A stretch of 58,796 nucleotides of DNA, the filler included, from Sphacelaria rigidula (lineage: Eukaryota), in NCBI GenBank assembly GCA_964200075.2. It is 9 parts of 9 records of this genome, joined end to end, with 100 filler letters (N's around TTAATTAATTAA, not from the genome) between each part and the next. Parts side by side here need not be neighbours in the genome. Positions count along the whole stretch, not along the records: positions 1 to 6,445 come from CAXNAA020020028.1; positions 6,546 to 12,990 come from CAXNAA020020029.1; 7 more parts are not named here. The stretch is one strand, 5' to 3'. Shown piece after piece: positions 1 through 12,990 of the stretch. A program made the position numbers and the translations under genes. Below the pieces are notes generated by a model. The model saw only the letters and a list, made by a program, of their open reading frames with translations. It made no database searches and was not told the DNA's origin. The stretch's first letter is position 1, and every line of letters starts with the position of its first letter.

Positions 1-887
1 GTACGATTCGAATCAATCACACTGAAACCAAGTAATTTCCAGACGAATCATTGATTTGTCCGACCCTTGTAACAGTGTGTCAAACATGGATATAATGTAG
101 CACAACTCCGGTTAACCCCCCTCGATAAAGTCGTGATTTGACTCATACTCAACATTTGTATGAATCTAATATACGATTCGCACACGAGTTGTGATGAAAG
201 TACATGTTTTGGGTTCGTGATTCGTGCGACACTAGTTGGAGTGTACACGTTTTCGGTTTGTGACGCGTGCGATTCGCCGTCGGCGGTAAACTTATCTTCC
301 ACTTGTATGGTACCAGTCATGGTTCATGTGCCCCACCTTTCATTCGTGTGGTATGGATCATGAATACATGTTTCCCCATTTCCACTCATGCAGCTTGAAT
401 CATCTGCACACGTTCCCCACCCTCCATTCGTACGAGGTGAATTAAGTGGGTACATGTTTCGCACCAGCAATTCATACAGTCAGTAATTGTGATTCATACA
501 TATTTTATTTTCTTGATTCGCGTGGCACTACTTGGAGTGTACACATTCCCAGTTCGTGATTCATGCGGTACGCGACCTCGAACGTACAACTTTGCCATTC
601 GTGATCCATAACCGGATGACTCTTTGGCACATACTTCGCATTCAAAAATTCATGGGGTGTCACCCGGAATGAACTCTGATTCGTCCGAATCGCGATTTGT
701 TCCGCGCTTTGTCGTAAGTGTGGTTGTCGTTGTTGTTCCCCCGTATTTCAAATCCTCTCCATCCGTGTCTCCTCTATGTTTGCTGTTCTTCGTTTGCCCC
801 TCTTTTGTGTGTGTGTGTGTGTGTGTGTGTTTTTTTTTTCATGTTTTTTCACGATGTTGTCTCCCTTCTTTCTCCCTCTTCCCCAAG

Positions 888-992
888 ATCCGGATTAGAC
901 ATGGACAAGCTAGACTACTTCCAACGAGACGCTAGAGCGTCCATCGGGGATCACTCCGTTAACAACCTTGATCGGTTCATCGACCTCGCCAG
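888..992 (+). CDS. SAMHD1-like HD-domain dNTP triphosphohydrolase, internal exon A (partial gene)
   Basis: Pyrimidine tract and aag acceptor, donor AG|gtgggt. Encodes SGLDMDKLDYFQRDARASIGDHSVNNLDRFIDLAR, matching SAMHD1 GIDVDKWDYFARD...KRFIKFAR (recalled). Phase 2 joins exon B. Confidence 0.9.
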
Positions 993-1120
993 GTGGGTGT
1001 GCTTCAAGCAAAACGGTGTAGTACCTACGTAGCGATCGAGAGGGGCCACCCCCCCGCCCCCCTATGTCGAGGGCCGCTCAGCCAGTGTGCAAACTTTTCA
1101 AAAGTCGGACGAAATAATGA

Positions 1121-1216
1121 TTGTTGTTGTCTTCACATTAAAAAACCGTTCCGATATCTGCGGTGTATTCGTACTGGGCATCTGATGCGGACGCCTTCCG
1201 TGTGGTCACAGGCTAG
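1121..1216 (-). mobile_element. Short (AAC)n-tailed repeat, family A, copy 1
   Basis: Closely matches 16078-16185. (TTG)n lies at the left end and both copies end at cacaggctag. Confidence 0.65.
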
Positions 1217-1240
1217 GTACCTATAATAAGGTATGAGGAC

Positions 1241-1450
1241 ATGATTCGTCTGGAAATTACTTGATTTCTAGTGTAATTGATTCGTACCGTACGAATCAAT
1301 CATTGGGACTTTATTTTCAGCGTTGCAACCCAGGGTACGCGCACCCCAGGCAAGTGGGATGGCGCAAAATTTGCGTTGAGACCTTTTTTGGCCAGCGGTC
1401 AACTTTTTTTTCATCTCTCTCGAGCAATGAGGCCTGAAAGATCGTGGATT
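1241..1450. repeat. Dispersed repeat family H (other copies about 6160-6320 and inverted 1-51)
   Basis: 1241-1292 approximates the reverse complement of 1-51. 1275-1445 aligns with about 6161-6320. Confidence 0.6.
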
Positions 1451-1855
1451 TGGTGATACGAACTGGCGATGATTTATCCAAACGGTGGAATAATTCGCCG
1501 GCCATAAAATCACGTGTTGCCTCCCGTGGGTGAGGATTATTTGTGTTTGGGGCTCGAATACTTGTCATCTAGAGGATGGTCTTCAGGAGGTGTATGTGTG
1601 TTTATGTGTATGTATGGTATATATCACGTGTCCCTGACTTACGAATGTTTTTGCATACTATGGATACTGCCTTCCTGGCGGGCATCGATGTGGGGTTACA
1701 CCCGACACCGATCCATGTTGCTGACCTCGGGCTAATCCCGTCACTGTCGTTGACATTGTCATGATCCATTGTTGCTGTTGTCGCGCGGTATGTCAAACGA
1801 GAAGCTTGTATATCCGTCCCGTCTCCAGTTCCCTCATTCTCCCCCGCCCCCCTCC

Positions 1856-2110
1856 ATACCAAAAAATAAGCAACTCATTGTAAGTTCATCCAAATGCAAG
1901 ATAATCAGTACGCCTCGGATTGAACAATCTCAGCAGGGTGCAGCTCACCCTTCATGCGACTCGCCGAACACACCACGGCGCTTGGTGATTGAGTGCGAGC
2001 CTGGCCCGGCGAAAACACGGCGTGCTCCGTCCTGGCTTTGTAGGGATGCGAGGTCAATGGTCTGATGACTATGGCATGCATGATTATGAGAACTCCCCCC
2101 CCCCCCCCCG
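1856..2110 (+). mobile_element. Family B non-coding retroposon, 5'-truncated, poly(C) end
   Basis: Matches 34655-35112 and 52354-52685 in reverse. Ends atgagaactc followed by a C run, with a C-rich tract also on the 5' flank. Confidence 0.75.
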
Positions 2111-2734
2111 CTCCCTCGCGCGCGCGCAATACGTACGTAAATTCAACGTTAGTGTCAATTTGGGGAAGCCACGTATGTAGCTCTCTACCGTCAAACATGA
2201 GCGATGTATTGATACATTGATGGGTTGCTTTCTTCTTCACAGGTTCTGATTTGCCTAAGTTTCACGAACTTACCGCATACCCTTGCACGAAACGCGTCGA
2301 CTGACTACAGGCAAGGAAACGAGTGAACATGAATAATACAATGGGCTAGTTCTAGTTTGGATGATGGCGTTAGTAGTGCGGGTATGGGTACGGTGTGTAT
2401 GATGGAGTGCCGCCATCGCAATAAATACGTACTACTGTCTGATGTGGTGAGGGTAGTGGTTGCTACAGCGGCAGCGACATGTGATTCACGTTCTACCAAC
2501 AAGGGTGTGGTTCCACCCTTGTTGCAGAGTCAACATGATCACTATGCTGTTGTTGTTGTTGTTGTTGTTGTCGCCGAAAAATCCGTACATTTGCCCCATC
2601 TCTCGAACCCGATTCCTGGTGACAAACGTATGCTCGCGTGCCCAGTACCGTCACTCCTTATATGTAATGGAATGCTCATTGCTTCTTCTGGGACTCCAAA
2701 AACATAGCAAAATGACACAAAATAAAACAGTATT

Positions 2735-2968
2735 AAGTAGCGGGAAAACGATGGCCATACTGGGAGATAAATAGCGACCACAGAAGGCGACACAGGACGG
2801 ATAGGATATGTAAACGGTTCTTGTGTAATGTATGGAATGAACGTAATGAGTGCCGAAATGTTGGAGGTGTCTCCAGCAGGAGTAGGAACGGCGCTCCGTC
2901 TCGCAAGGGATGCGTGGTGAATGGTCTAACGACTAGGGCAAGCAACAAATGAGTACGCCTCCCCCCCA
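2735..2968 (+). mobile_element. 5'-truncated copy of the LINE at 17580-19534 (family C)
   Basis: Aligns with about 19320-19534 and ends gcaacaaatgagtacgcct followed by a C run. Confidence 0.85.
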
Positions 2969-3038
2969 ATCGTCCTCCACTCCCGAACTCATGCCTCGAT
3001 GGCTCGGGTTGTTGTACTACTATCAACAACGCTTTCAG

Positions 3039-3138
3039 GGTTTTGCCGGCGACAGATGAGTCGGGAACGGTTCACCTAATGGCGTGCTATCCGGATAAAC
3101 TATGGACTGAGGCCCTCGCTCTTTTTCGCACTCGAAAG
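3039..3138 (+). CDS. SAMHD1-like exon B
   Basis: tttcag|G acceptor, AAG|gtgtgt donor. Encodes VLPATDESGTVHLMACYPDKLWTEALALFRTRK, similar to [28 protein letters not shown]. Phases are consistent with both neighbours. Confidence 0.85.
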
Positions 3139-3860
3139 GTGTGTGCATGTGTAGTCGACGCCAGGTGGGCTTCCCCCCAGTTTATTCCCTCAAACCTTCC
3201 CACGGTTGACAGCATGGATTGTTTAGGGTGAAACCCATACCCTATGTATATGTATGTATATATGAAACACATGTCGCGAGACTTCCGGTGGACAGTGGCA
3301 ACCGTCGAAGGTTGCAGATGATTTTGGGCTGCTGGATCACTAGGCACCGCTTGGGGGCAGATGTAAGTTTCGAGTGATCTCCAGGGGGCATGGTGGATCC
3401 TCAATCACCTAGGGTCCCAGATGCGGCTGTACAGGTATGGGAATTTCGGAGCTCCCAAGCAGTCAGAACTGCACCTGCAACAGCTGTTGTCTGGTTCATA
3501 GGTGATGAAAGAAATCTCTCCGCACATACAAAATGGTGATCTCCAGACACACACACATATATATATAGGGTCCAATGGAGAGCCGAAGACGCTAGGCAAG
3601 AGAGGTGCAGAGGGTGCCCTAGGCAAGGTGTGCGTTGGCAGAGCTCGAATCGATGCCTGACCGGAGGCGACGATTTCGATTTGAGCAACGATGCGTGCTG
3701 TGCGCGCTGGCCAACTGTAGGGACTGTCAGCCCCTCAAGTGTCCGGAGTCATTTTCCATATTGAAAACAAGTGTGACTCAACCATGGGTTTCAGGGGAAC
3801 AGTATGCGTATGATGTGGCATTGTAATGGGGAAGTAATCGGGGGAGGGGAGGGGGGGGGG

Positions 3861-3928
3861 GCGTACTCCTTTGTTGCTTGCCTTGGTCGTTCGACCATTG
3901 ACCACGCATCCCTTTCGAGACGGTGCAC
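3861..3928 (-). mobile_element. Very short family C LINE 3' end with TSD
   Basis: Flanked by gggagggggggggg at 3847-3860 and 3935-3948. Confidence 0.8.
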
Positions 3929-4267
3929 AGGGCAGGGAGGGGGGGGGGTTGTCGAGTGCTTGCAGTAGATGAAGCCCAGCGCATTAGCTTAGGGTACAAC
4001 ATGAGGGCTGTGCGCAACGGTTGAGTGGGGGAGCTTTCATTCCCTGCTCGAAGTATGTGTGCGTGTGTCTGTGTATTTTATTTTCGTCCACCAGGGAGGG
4101 ATGAGTACTTTTTCACTGTGTACACCCATGACTTTTTTTTTCTGCGCCAATAGTCTTTTTTTTCTGTACTCTTTTTTTTTTACTCCCCTCCATCTTGGTT
4201 TTGCGTTGTCTTGACTCGTCCGCCCGTGCGCCTGTCTGTTTGGCTGTATGTATGTGTGTGTTCGCAG

Positions 4268-4320
4268 GAGTTGCACCAGTTTGTGTACCAACATAAGGGA
4301 GGGAAGTCTGTGGAGCTGAT
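4268..4320 (+). CDS. SAMHD1-like exon C
   Basis: gcag| acceptor, |gtgagt donor. Encodes ELHQFVYQHKGGKSVEL(M) with the LHxxxYQHK motif. Too short to appear in the ORF track. Confidence 0.9.
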
Positions 4321-4651
4321 GTGAGTATCACCGATGACAATATCAGTCTTCCTGCTGTATTCTAGGCACAACACTATTTCGTCCTGCACTACATGAGTAA
4401 GATCTAGGATGTGTACGGTGGGAGAGACGCGCAGCTCAACTAATATACTCGTTGGTGTTGGTAGTGGTAGTGGAAGTGGTGGTGGTATTGATGGTGTGTT
4501 GTCCACCGCGGGTACGATCAACCAAAACCGCGTACGTGCTATACTGTGTGTTTGAGTGACCTTGTCAAGGTGATGCTGAAAAATAATAGATGAGGTGGCC
4601 AGTCGAGCAACATCTCTCATGCTGCTAGTACAGTTCACAAGGAGGGGGGGG

Positions 4652-4699
4652 TGTACTCATGATCATGCATGCCATGGTCATCAGACCATTGACCTCGCA
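4652..4699 (-). mobile_element. Very short family B 3' end with TSD
   Basis: Flanked by caaggagggggggg (4638-4651) and caacgagggggggg (4698-4711). Confidence 0.75.
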
Positions 4700-5325
4700 A
4701 CGAGGGGGGGGAAGCGGATGGGAAGAGGGGGGTCCCAGATGAATGCGATATTGTGCCTGCCCAATTGGACGGCACTACTATCGGGAATTCATCTTGACTC
4801 GAGGTTAGGTGTGGTTACCTACTTGAACAGATGATTGTATGCGGCCGCGCCTCGGTGGTCGAGTTGGTGCAATGGTGGGAGGCCCCACTTGAATGCGTTG
4901 TAGTGGAAGCAACATTTGACGACCTCAGGTAAGATTCAGCGACGAAGTTTATTGGTACTTATTGTACCGACAAAACTGCAGGAGGGCCACTGGTACGAGT
5001 CGATTTACACTTGAAAAAAGACCGCCTCGGAAGTGGAGACGTCAGTGTGTTGTGTATCGAAGCTAGTTGAAGCGGATTTTTGGGGGGCGTTACTCCGACG
5101 GTGGATTTTTGTTTTTTTCCTCTTTCAAGTTTTCCGGAAATGCGGCAACGAGTATTGTTTTCGGGGGGCAAAATAATTCGATGGAAGTTGATTACCTGCA
5201 GAAGTGCTGGTTCGATAATGCTCCTTGGATGTATGGTACAAAATGCAACGGAAGGAAGAGGGGGTGCGTCAGTAGTTTATCCCTAGAGACAGTACGAATT
5301 TCGTCCCGCGAAAGGGATGTCTGGC

Positions 5326-5555
5326 GGGGGGGGGGGTCGCAATCATATTTGTTGCTTGCCTTATTAATCGTCGTTTGGCCATTGACCACGGGTCCTTTGC
5401 GAGACGGAGGGAGCACCGTTCCTACTCCTGATGGAGACACCTCCAACATTTCGGCGTCCATTACGTTTCTTCCGTACATTACACAAAACCTTTTACATAT
5501 CTTATCCCCGTTCTCTTCGGCTGTCTATGGCTACGGTCTATCTCCCACCTAGTAT
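5326..5555 (-). mobile_element. 5'-truncated family C LINE copy
   Basis: Reverse match to about 19320-19534, with a G run at its 3' end. Confidence 0.8.
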
Positions 5556-5810
5556 TATGGCGATGAAAATACAAAAAATGAAGACGAGAGAGAGGGAAAA
5601 ACCGTAATGGGTTGGACTGCGTTTGAATTGCAATGGGACCCAACCAACCTGAAATGGGCCGCCAACTTATGAAAGAGTGCAGTTGTACATAAGTTTTGAC
5701 CATAGTTTTCAATTTGTTACGCATATTTAGTACGTATTTTTTTCATTTCGTGACGATGCCCTTCATGTCATTTTTTTTTTTGTCTTGTTTCTGAATTTTG
5801 TTTTGAGCAG

Positions 5811-5940
5811 GTTGGTCGACGCCTTCGTGCTGGCGGACCCGCACTTCTCCGTGGCTGGAAGCGTGGATGACGACCACCCCGACGGCCGCTGGAAAATGAG
5901 CGAAGCCATGTTCGACTGCAAGGCTTACACTGGTCTCAAG
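5811..5940 (+). CDS. SAMHD1-like exon D
   Basis: gcag|G acceptor, AAG|gtactg donor. Encodes LVDAFVLADPHFSVAGSVDDDHPDGRWKMSEAMFDCKAYTGLK, similar to ITDAFLKADDYIEI...YRISTAIDDMEAYTKL. Confidence 0.9.
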
Positions 5941-6373
5941 GTACTGGCTGTGACGATTGAAGAAAAGTGGGGATGATTATGTACGTACGCTATAATGCAT
6001 TTTTTTTCGAGAAACAATTTACATATACCGACCGGCGTTAGTTAGCGTGAATATACCGTGCTAAACCACTTTTTTGGTTTTGTTTTCTCGTCAACTTTCA
6101 TTCCATCCCAAGGGTCACGGGGCGAGTGATGGTTCGCCTCAATATTGCTTGCTTTTAGCGTAATTGATTCGCACCGTACGAATTTATATTTGGGCTTTGC
6201 GTTGCACCTTAGGTACGCGCACTCCAGGCACGTGGGAATAGCGCTAAATTTGCGTAGAGGTGTGTCCGATCCGCGGCGAACTTTGGTCTCTCTTTCGAGC
6301 AATCAGGCCTCGGAAATCGTAGAGCGGTGCACTCGAACCACCAAAGGTTCGTCCGAACGTTGTTCCACCCCCT

Positions 6374-6408
<35 letters not shown>

Positions 6409-6445
6409 CCCCCCGCCCGCCCCGCGCTCGCTGCCCGGGGGCCCG

Positions 6446-6545
6446 NNNNNNNNNNNNNNNNNNNNNNNNNNNNNNNNNNNNNNNNNNNNTTAATTAATTA
6501 ANNNNNNNNNNNNNNNNNNNNNNNNNNNNNNNNNNNNNNNNNNNN
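6446..6545. other. Artificial contig linker (first of 8; others start at 12991, 19535, 26079, 32623, 39167, 45711, 52254)
   Basis: N44 + TTAATTAATTAA (stops in all six frames) + N44. Confidence 0.98.
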
Positions 6546-7742
6546 ACCCCCCTCGATTAGAAGGATGTAAGTGTAGTTGCGGGAGTGGGTCCAGTCCCTA
6601 AGTTTGATTGCAGGAAAATATCTCGGGTACCCGACTGTCGTCAAAGTCACGTTGAAGTCCACCCCCCTCCACCCCCCTCCGCAAGACTCAACGGTTGAAC
6701 TTTTCAAAAACTATACTGATGGGTACCAGATATATCGTAGCACTGGATGTACCTTGGATGCACGCATATATTTTTATCTTTATTTTTCATCCCTACACAG
6801 CAAGCGTTGCCTCGGAATAGTTCCACAGGCAGACACTCCAGGACATCCGGGGATTTCCGGGGGGCGGGGTGGTGGTTTTTGATGGGGAGGTTGGGGCCTG
6901 TCCGCAAAGCAGCCGGAAAGCTGACCAAGTCAACCATATGTGTTCGAAAGTTTTCCACAGAAATTTTATGCCAATAGCGACGCCCGAAAGGAGCGGAGTA
7001 TCCATTCCGACCAATCACGGCTATTAAAATAGTCCCTACAGATGGACTACAGATGGACTACTTCGCTGCCTAGGCGCATTTATCATTTTTGTCATGACAG
7101 GTCAACAATGGATGGATAAGATGGGCACAAATAAACTGCGTGTTACTCTGCTCGTGGTCGGTGCCGTCTCCCTGATCCCTCGTTTGTCGCCAATAACTTT
7201 ACGCTTTCTGTAGTATTGTTGTGGAACGCTAAGCTGAGACATGGGAGCAGCATGCAGTAGACTGCTCAGTGCAGAGCGACGGCACGCCACCTATTCCTTG
7301 CTGTTGTATCCAGCGAAGACATCCAGCACATAGACTGATCCCGCCCGTAGTAGACTGCAGGGCCAAAACCGGCCAGGGGTTTTCCGGGACTATTTTTTAT
7401 GTAAATGCCCGACGTCTGCACTAGCCGAACCTCCGCGTAGTCAGCACACGAACTCGCTTGCGGGGTAGGTGTTGAGTGAGGTTTCCTCCTTCCTTTGAGG
7501 AAGAAAAGAAACGTTCGTGGGAAAACGCGTGTGTGCAGAGCGAGAAAACAGCTCCTCCGGACCCCAAATGTGGCATAGTCCATCTAAATCCATTTGAGGA
7601 AGCTTTGCAGTCTAAGGATTAACAGACAATCCTGAGAAACAGGACATGGAATTTGCTGTAAGAACGAATTAAGATCGAACTTGTGTACCATACTGAACCT
7701 AGTACCCGTCGAAGGTGCCTTGAAGGCATATTTTGACGGGTA

Positions 7743-9011
7743 CATTAGGGGTCCCGGTTTAGCGGTTACCGGTTTAGTGTTTGGTCCCGGTTTAGCGGTT
7801 CAAGGTTCGGTTGGCACCGGTTAACCCCGGTTTAGCGGTTGTATGACCGCTAAACCGGACAGTGGCCGGTTTAACGGTTATTTAGGGTGGTCTCAGCCAG
7901 AATAGCGGTTGTGTGTTCCACAGTACAGCGGCAGTGCACCAGCACCGGAACCCCTACTGTACTTGAAAAGGAAGCTACTACGTGCACAGTCCACTGTTTG
8001 TCGTGAAAATGTACTCAACTGCTGAACTAGCCTGCTGCGTTGCTTGTACAAAATAGAAGAGTCAATCGAAACTGTGGATAGTTGGCCCCGGAATGTTAAC
8101 ACGTGGGCGTGTGTGTGCTCCGTGATGCAAGCCTGTGCATAGACTTGGGGCTCGTTGGTTGTCGAGGGTGCATTTCACCAACAAACCCCAATGGAATGCA
8201 GAAATTGACGTGATCCTATTATATCGAAGATCGGGGAAATCGGCCCACGGAAAGATTCACGTGTGTGGTTTTTCTTTCCTACACTTGAAAACGTTTCCGT
8301 GAGATTGGGCGTCTAGCTTCTGATGGAGAGTGAGCTATTTGGCCGTTTGTGCCGTCGGCCTCATTTTCGCTTGACAATTTCATACGTGACCCGTATGATC
8401 TACCCTGGCGGTCACAGAGACAAGATTCCGAAGGGTTAAGTTGTTGAGGATGTTTGAGCTTTGTTTTGTTTTGTTTTGCTCAAGTGTAATCCATGCTTCA
8501 AGTCGCACGCTGCGCTCTTGTGTGCCTCGTGTGCAGCAGTACACAAGCTAAACTAGACACGTGTTGGCAAGAAGACATGTCGTAGCGTACAGTAGAAAGG
8601 GGTCTCCGGCAGTTGTGGTGTACACGTATCACGATGGTGAAATGGTGTGAGCAGGGGAAGGGGCTACATTTCTCATGATTTTGTTTACTACGAAAGTATT
8701 ATATACGTTTTGGTTTACACTCTCAGGCTCTTGTGCACTATCGCAGCTGTAGTCATACAAATGGTTCTACTGTTGTAAAATTGTACTGCTGTATACAGCA
8801 GCCACACATGACACTATCGAAATTACATGTTATAAAACGCACTCTGCTCTTATGTGGAGTTGACGTTTTTTTTCCGGTTTAGCGGTTGGAACTGCTCAAC
8901 CAGGACGCGGAATAGCGGTTAAGAACCGCTAAATCGGCTTAGCGGTTGTTCCCGGTTTAGCGGTTATTTCCCGTTTTGACACTAGGGACCGCTAAACCGG
9001 GACCCCTACTG
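7743..9011. mobile_element. Non-autonomous Tc1/mariner-type (pogo-like) DNA transposon
   Basis: TA|cattaggggtcccggtttagcggt ... accgctaaaccgggacccctactg|TA: about 24-bp TIR with TA TSD. Many subterminal ccggtttagcggtt repeats and no transposase ORF. Confidence 0.85.
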
Positions 9012-11059
9012 TACTAAGATGAATATCAAAGACAACATCGACCTCTGCTCATTCCCGCAAGATGATCTCGTTCCCATTTTTGAGGACCTCCTGTTCTTCA
9101 TGCTACGGGGGGGGGGGTTCCATTACATGAGACTAACTACCTGCCAGTAGGGTATCGTTTGTTACCGCCACACCAAATGATTTGATGCACTTCCGCGGCC
9201 GTCAGGGCTGTTTCGACTGCTTCAGTTCATTCAAGGTGTCATCAAGAGTCGAAATTTTAGTGCGTGGCACGTACGACCATTTACAAATATCTCGAATGCA
9301 TTGGTGATGTCTCATGAGGAGGTTGAGTCCATGGTTTTGCGGGGATAGGGAAGTAGCCCGTCCCGGGGGGTGGAATCCATCGTCATGTATTGTCGCCAAT
9401 AACCGGTGGTGCGTCTGATTATCCTCGTGGTACATAGAGAAAAGTTGCCGATGTATTGACAATATTTCTCATGATTTCAGAAGCATCATGTAGTCCGCTC
9501 GAAACGGCACATGCGTCACATAACATGTAATTTAGAACATACGGTATTCCTAGACAGCAGATACACACAAATGAATACCGGTGCCTTTCCCCAACGATCC
9601 AATCAACGGAATCTGTCCCCGTTGAGGGCAGTCGATAACCTAAAAATACTATCTCCAATACTTATGAGTGGCACAGTATATGCCGCGGACTATCATTCCC
9701 CCTCGCACCCGCCCGAAATACCCCGAATCCACACTTTGTCTGATCCCATGCGAATGGGTCTCTCCACGAAAATGAGAAAGGAAAAACAAATACCCAGCCT
9801 CTCTTGACGCAGTCATCCGTGCGTGCGCAATGCACGACCCCCAGGGACACAAGTAGAAGGTCTAGCAGTGATGAGGACAGCCGAACGTCCCACCTCAACA
9901 ACCACAATGAGTGAGTCATATGTATGGTTGGGTTTCAACGGAAAGTCTGGAAGAGCGAAGAAACTGCATGCATCTCATTTGGGCATCGTTCCTGGGATCG
10001 AAGGTGATATGCGCCCTTTTGGAGCTATCTTCAGCAGGTGCTCACGAGCACCACTATTTCTCATGGCTTCAGTCGCCCTACCCTGTATTTTCATGCGCTT
10101 AGGCTACAGAATGTCGAACGCTTGCGAAATGGTATGACCCCATAGCCGTAATAAATCATACACCGGATGTCATCTCTATGGGAAGCACCTCTCCGGGACG
10201 CAATGCGGTCATGTCAGCTTAGCTGTAGCTTCATACCTCTAGCGCAAAACGTCAAGACAACAGCTCGAAGCTGCCGCCGAGCGGGCAAATTCAAATTCGA
10301 ATCCGGAAGGCAGAAAAGGGCGGTACCGATCATCCGCCAGACGAACAGAAAACAACGACCAACATGACGCAGATGGACCGTCCTACTCGGCACGGACATG
10401 CACAAATGGCCGGGGAAACCAGCAGGATGCTGTCACCCCGAGAGCCGTTGCGCTGCGCAAGGGGCAGGGGTGGTAGAAGAGGAGCAGCAGCGCTCTTCCG
10501 ACGCTGTCTATCTGACATTGCGTCTGCTGCTGCTGCTGCAGCGACGGGAATACATCCCGCAGCAGCTTTATGTAGGTTGCCACCCGGCAGCAAATACGCA
10601 GGTCACCCACTTCGTGACAACAGCAGCCGTTTTGTGGCAGGTGCGCACACTGCTGGGACGAAGCCCGTGCTCACCACGCAGTAAGGGTACAGCGTGGTTG
10701 TTCGGTGTGGAGCGCATCGCACACAGTGGACAAGGATATGGACAAGTACCGCGGAAGATTACTCACCCAACCCCCTGGGTGGTGCATGGCCCTCTGTGGA
10801 TATAAAAGTCGGCACTATATGGCACATTGCACTAGATAAAGGAGTGAGAACAGCCATTGTATTGGCCGGCACTGTATAAAAAAAGACCCCAACCATGGTC
10901 TCTGTGCTGGGACTCTCCTGCGCATGCCTTTACACGTACGCGAGTCCAGGTTTGCGTAGCCGAAGCAATTGTCTGATAGGCTTACGCTTATTTGCTGCAT
11001 GTTTGAGCAACTGTATGAAATTGTCAAGACACGGAAGAGGTAGATTGGCATATAGATGA

Positions 11060-11468
11060 ATTCCAGTACATTGCTCCGTGGTCAAACATTTGAGGTTTCA
11101 AAATAACTTCTTCGTCTGGTATGTCAGTGGAGATTCTGTGCTTTTCTCCGTGCATGTTTCCGTGTACATTGTAGTAGTAGTACTGTTTTGTCCTTTGTTA
11201 TCTTCTCTCTTTCTTTCGGTGTACGTTTTCGACAGGTCTGGCGTTTGTTGTTTGTTTGTTTGTTTTCCTTCCTTTCTTTCCTTCTTTTCTCTCCTCGTCG
11301 AACTCGGGGGAGATACTACTCACCGGTTTTCGTGGCGTCTCTCTTATTAATTTTTACTTTTGGTCATGTGGCTGGTAAGGAATAGCAAGGACGGTATTGG
11401 AAAGGCGAGCCTACGTCTCTGACCACGGGTTCACGAGATCAGACTAATGTGCGGAAGTAATAATAATA

Positions 11469-11523
<55 letters not shown>

Positions 11524-11524
11524 T
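11060..11524 (+). mobile_element. Probable LINE 3' UTR ending in a (TAA)/(GTA)n microsatellite tail
   Basis: T-rich stretch, then ...actaatgtgcggaag(taa)n(gta)~18. Only one copy in the window, so the left boundary is uncertain. Confidence 0.4.
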
Positions 11525-11871
11525 CACTACCACGGCTTTGGTGCCTTGAGTGCTCCTATTCTACCGTCTCGTGTGTACTGTTTGCGTTTTTTCCAATGTC
11601 GAGCATTTTAATGTCAAAGCATGCGATGGATCAAGATACTCAACTCCGTCGAATTTGTTTCGCTTCTGTTTCGTTTTGTTCCTAACTAGCACTAGCTTCG
11701 TCTACGCCTTGCACCCCTTCTTGATCTCTGTTTGTCTTTTTTTCCCCCCCTTCTTTCTTTCATGGGTTTCACTTCTTCATCCTTCCCGCTGCTTTTACTA
11801 TATTTTCCGACGACTGATTGTATTTTCTAATTACCATGGATATCTTTGTGGGTGTTTCGTTCAATTTCCAG

Positions 11872-12039
11872 ATTTCGCCGACGGCACGTCATCGGTTGGT
11901 TACTGGGGGAACTTCGACTACATTCCTGCCCCAATGACCACCCGGGCGCCTGGCGCAACGAACTCCCCAGCAGTGGTAATACGAGACGCGGTACAGACAC
12001 GAGCTCCTGCACCCACTGCAGTGATTTCAGGCGGGGAAT
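11872..12039 (+). CDS. Isolated symmetric phase-1 exon, Thr/Pro/Ala-rich linker of an unknown (likely extracellular) protein
   Basis: tttccag| acceptor, |gtgagt donor, 168 nt open: DFADGTSSVGYWGNFDYIPAPMTTRAPGATNSPAVVIRDAVQTRAPAPTAVISGGE. Confidence 0.6.
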
Positions 12040-12917
12040 GTGAGTTCAACGTCTATCACTTTTGTTCAAAAAAAGAAATGACCGAAGTTCGTTCTCCTTG
12101 ACTCTTTGGCTGCTAGATATTCATTTTCTGGCAGTTCCGCTTGTGGCGGTTGCGAACATTTGTGACTTGTTTGTAACGTGCGAATGCTTTGCAGTAAAGA
12201 CCCGGAAACCTTCGCTGTCAAGGGGAAACGAAAAAGGTCCGACAAAGCATTGTGCGTGCTTGCCAAGAAGATTGGGAAAAGGGGAAATCAGAAAAAAAGT
12301 TCGGTCGCATTTTTGATCATTTCATTTTTGGATGAATGACACTGAAGCTAAATGGAAAAAAAAAAGCACTCTGTTGCTGTGTTGACAACAAACGATGTGA
12401 TCCTACATATTTTAGTCGTTTGCTCGTATATTTCGAGCGAGATCCAGCCTCCTGCCTCCGCGTGAGGCTGCACTTCCTACGAAAATGTCAGTGTAAAATG
12501 TGAAAACCGTCAAGTGTAATGAGTGTCGAAGAAAACAAAACAAAATGGATTCCTACGTTTACTCTTTGTTGCTTCATCACAGCCGAAGTAAATCGACCAA
12601 ACATTCGTTTGAAGAACGGGCGATACGTGAATGAAAAAGGAAGAGAACATCGCCCACCAATGAGGTTCGTCCGTGTCTCGCGAGTGTTCGCTAAACAGAT
12701 GATTTGTTTCGCACAGCTCAAGGTTCCGGTGACCAATCATAATAATGTTCTAGGCCCGCGCTACTTTTCCTACCCCAGCTCCGCAATGTCCGATTTTTTT
12801 GTTTCTGGGATAAACGTCCGAATAGCCTACAGCTGATGCAACGGTTTTGGCCAAAAGCGTTACCGTCAGTGTGTAACGAAGGTTACCTTCGTGGAGTATG
12901 GCAAGCTGTACCGATGG

Positions 12918-12990
12918 ATGTACTCATGATCATGCATGCCATAGTCATCAGACCATTGACCTCGCATCCCTACGAAGCCGGGACGGAGCA
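12918..12990 (-). mobile_element. Family B 3' end, cut by the contig end
   Basis: tgtactcatgatcatgcatgccatagtcatcagaccattgacctcgcatccctac matches the family B terminus. Confidence 0.8.

Noticed and set aside
1190..1216. Helitron 3' end (CTAG) for family A
   Set aside because: Neither copy is followed by T, and the opposite end is a microsatellite tail.
2055..2095. Hammerhead ribozyme suggested by CTGATGA in the family B tail
   Set aside because: No stem II followed by GAAA, and the motif is not conserved in all copies or in the LINE.
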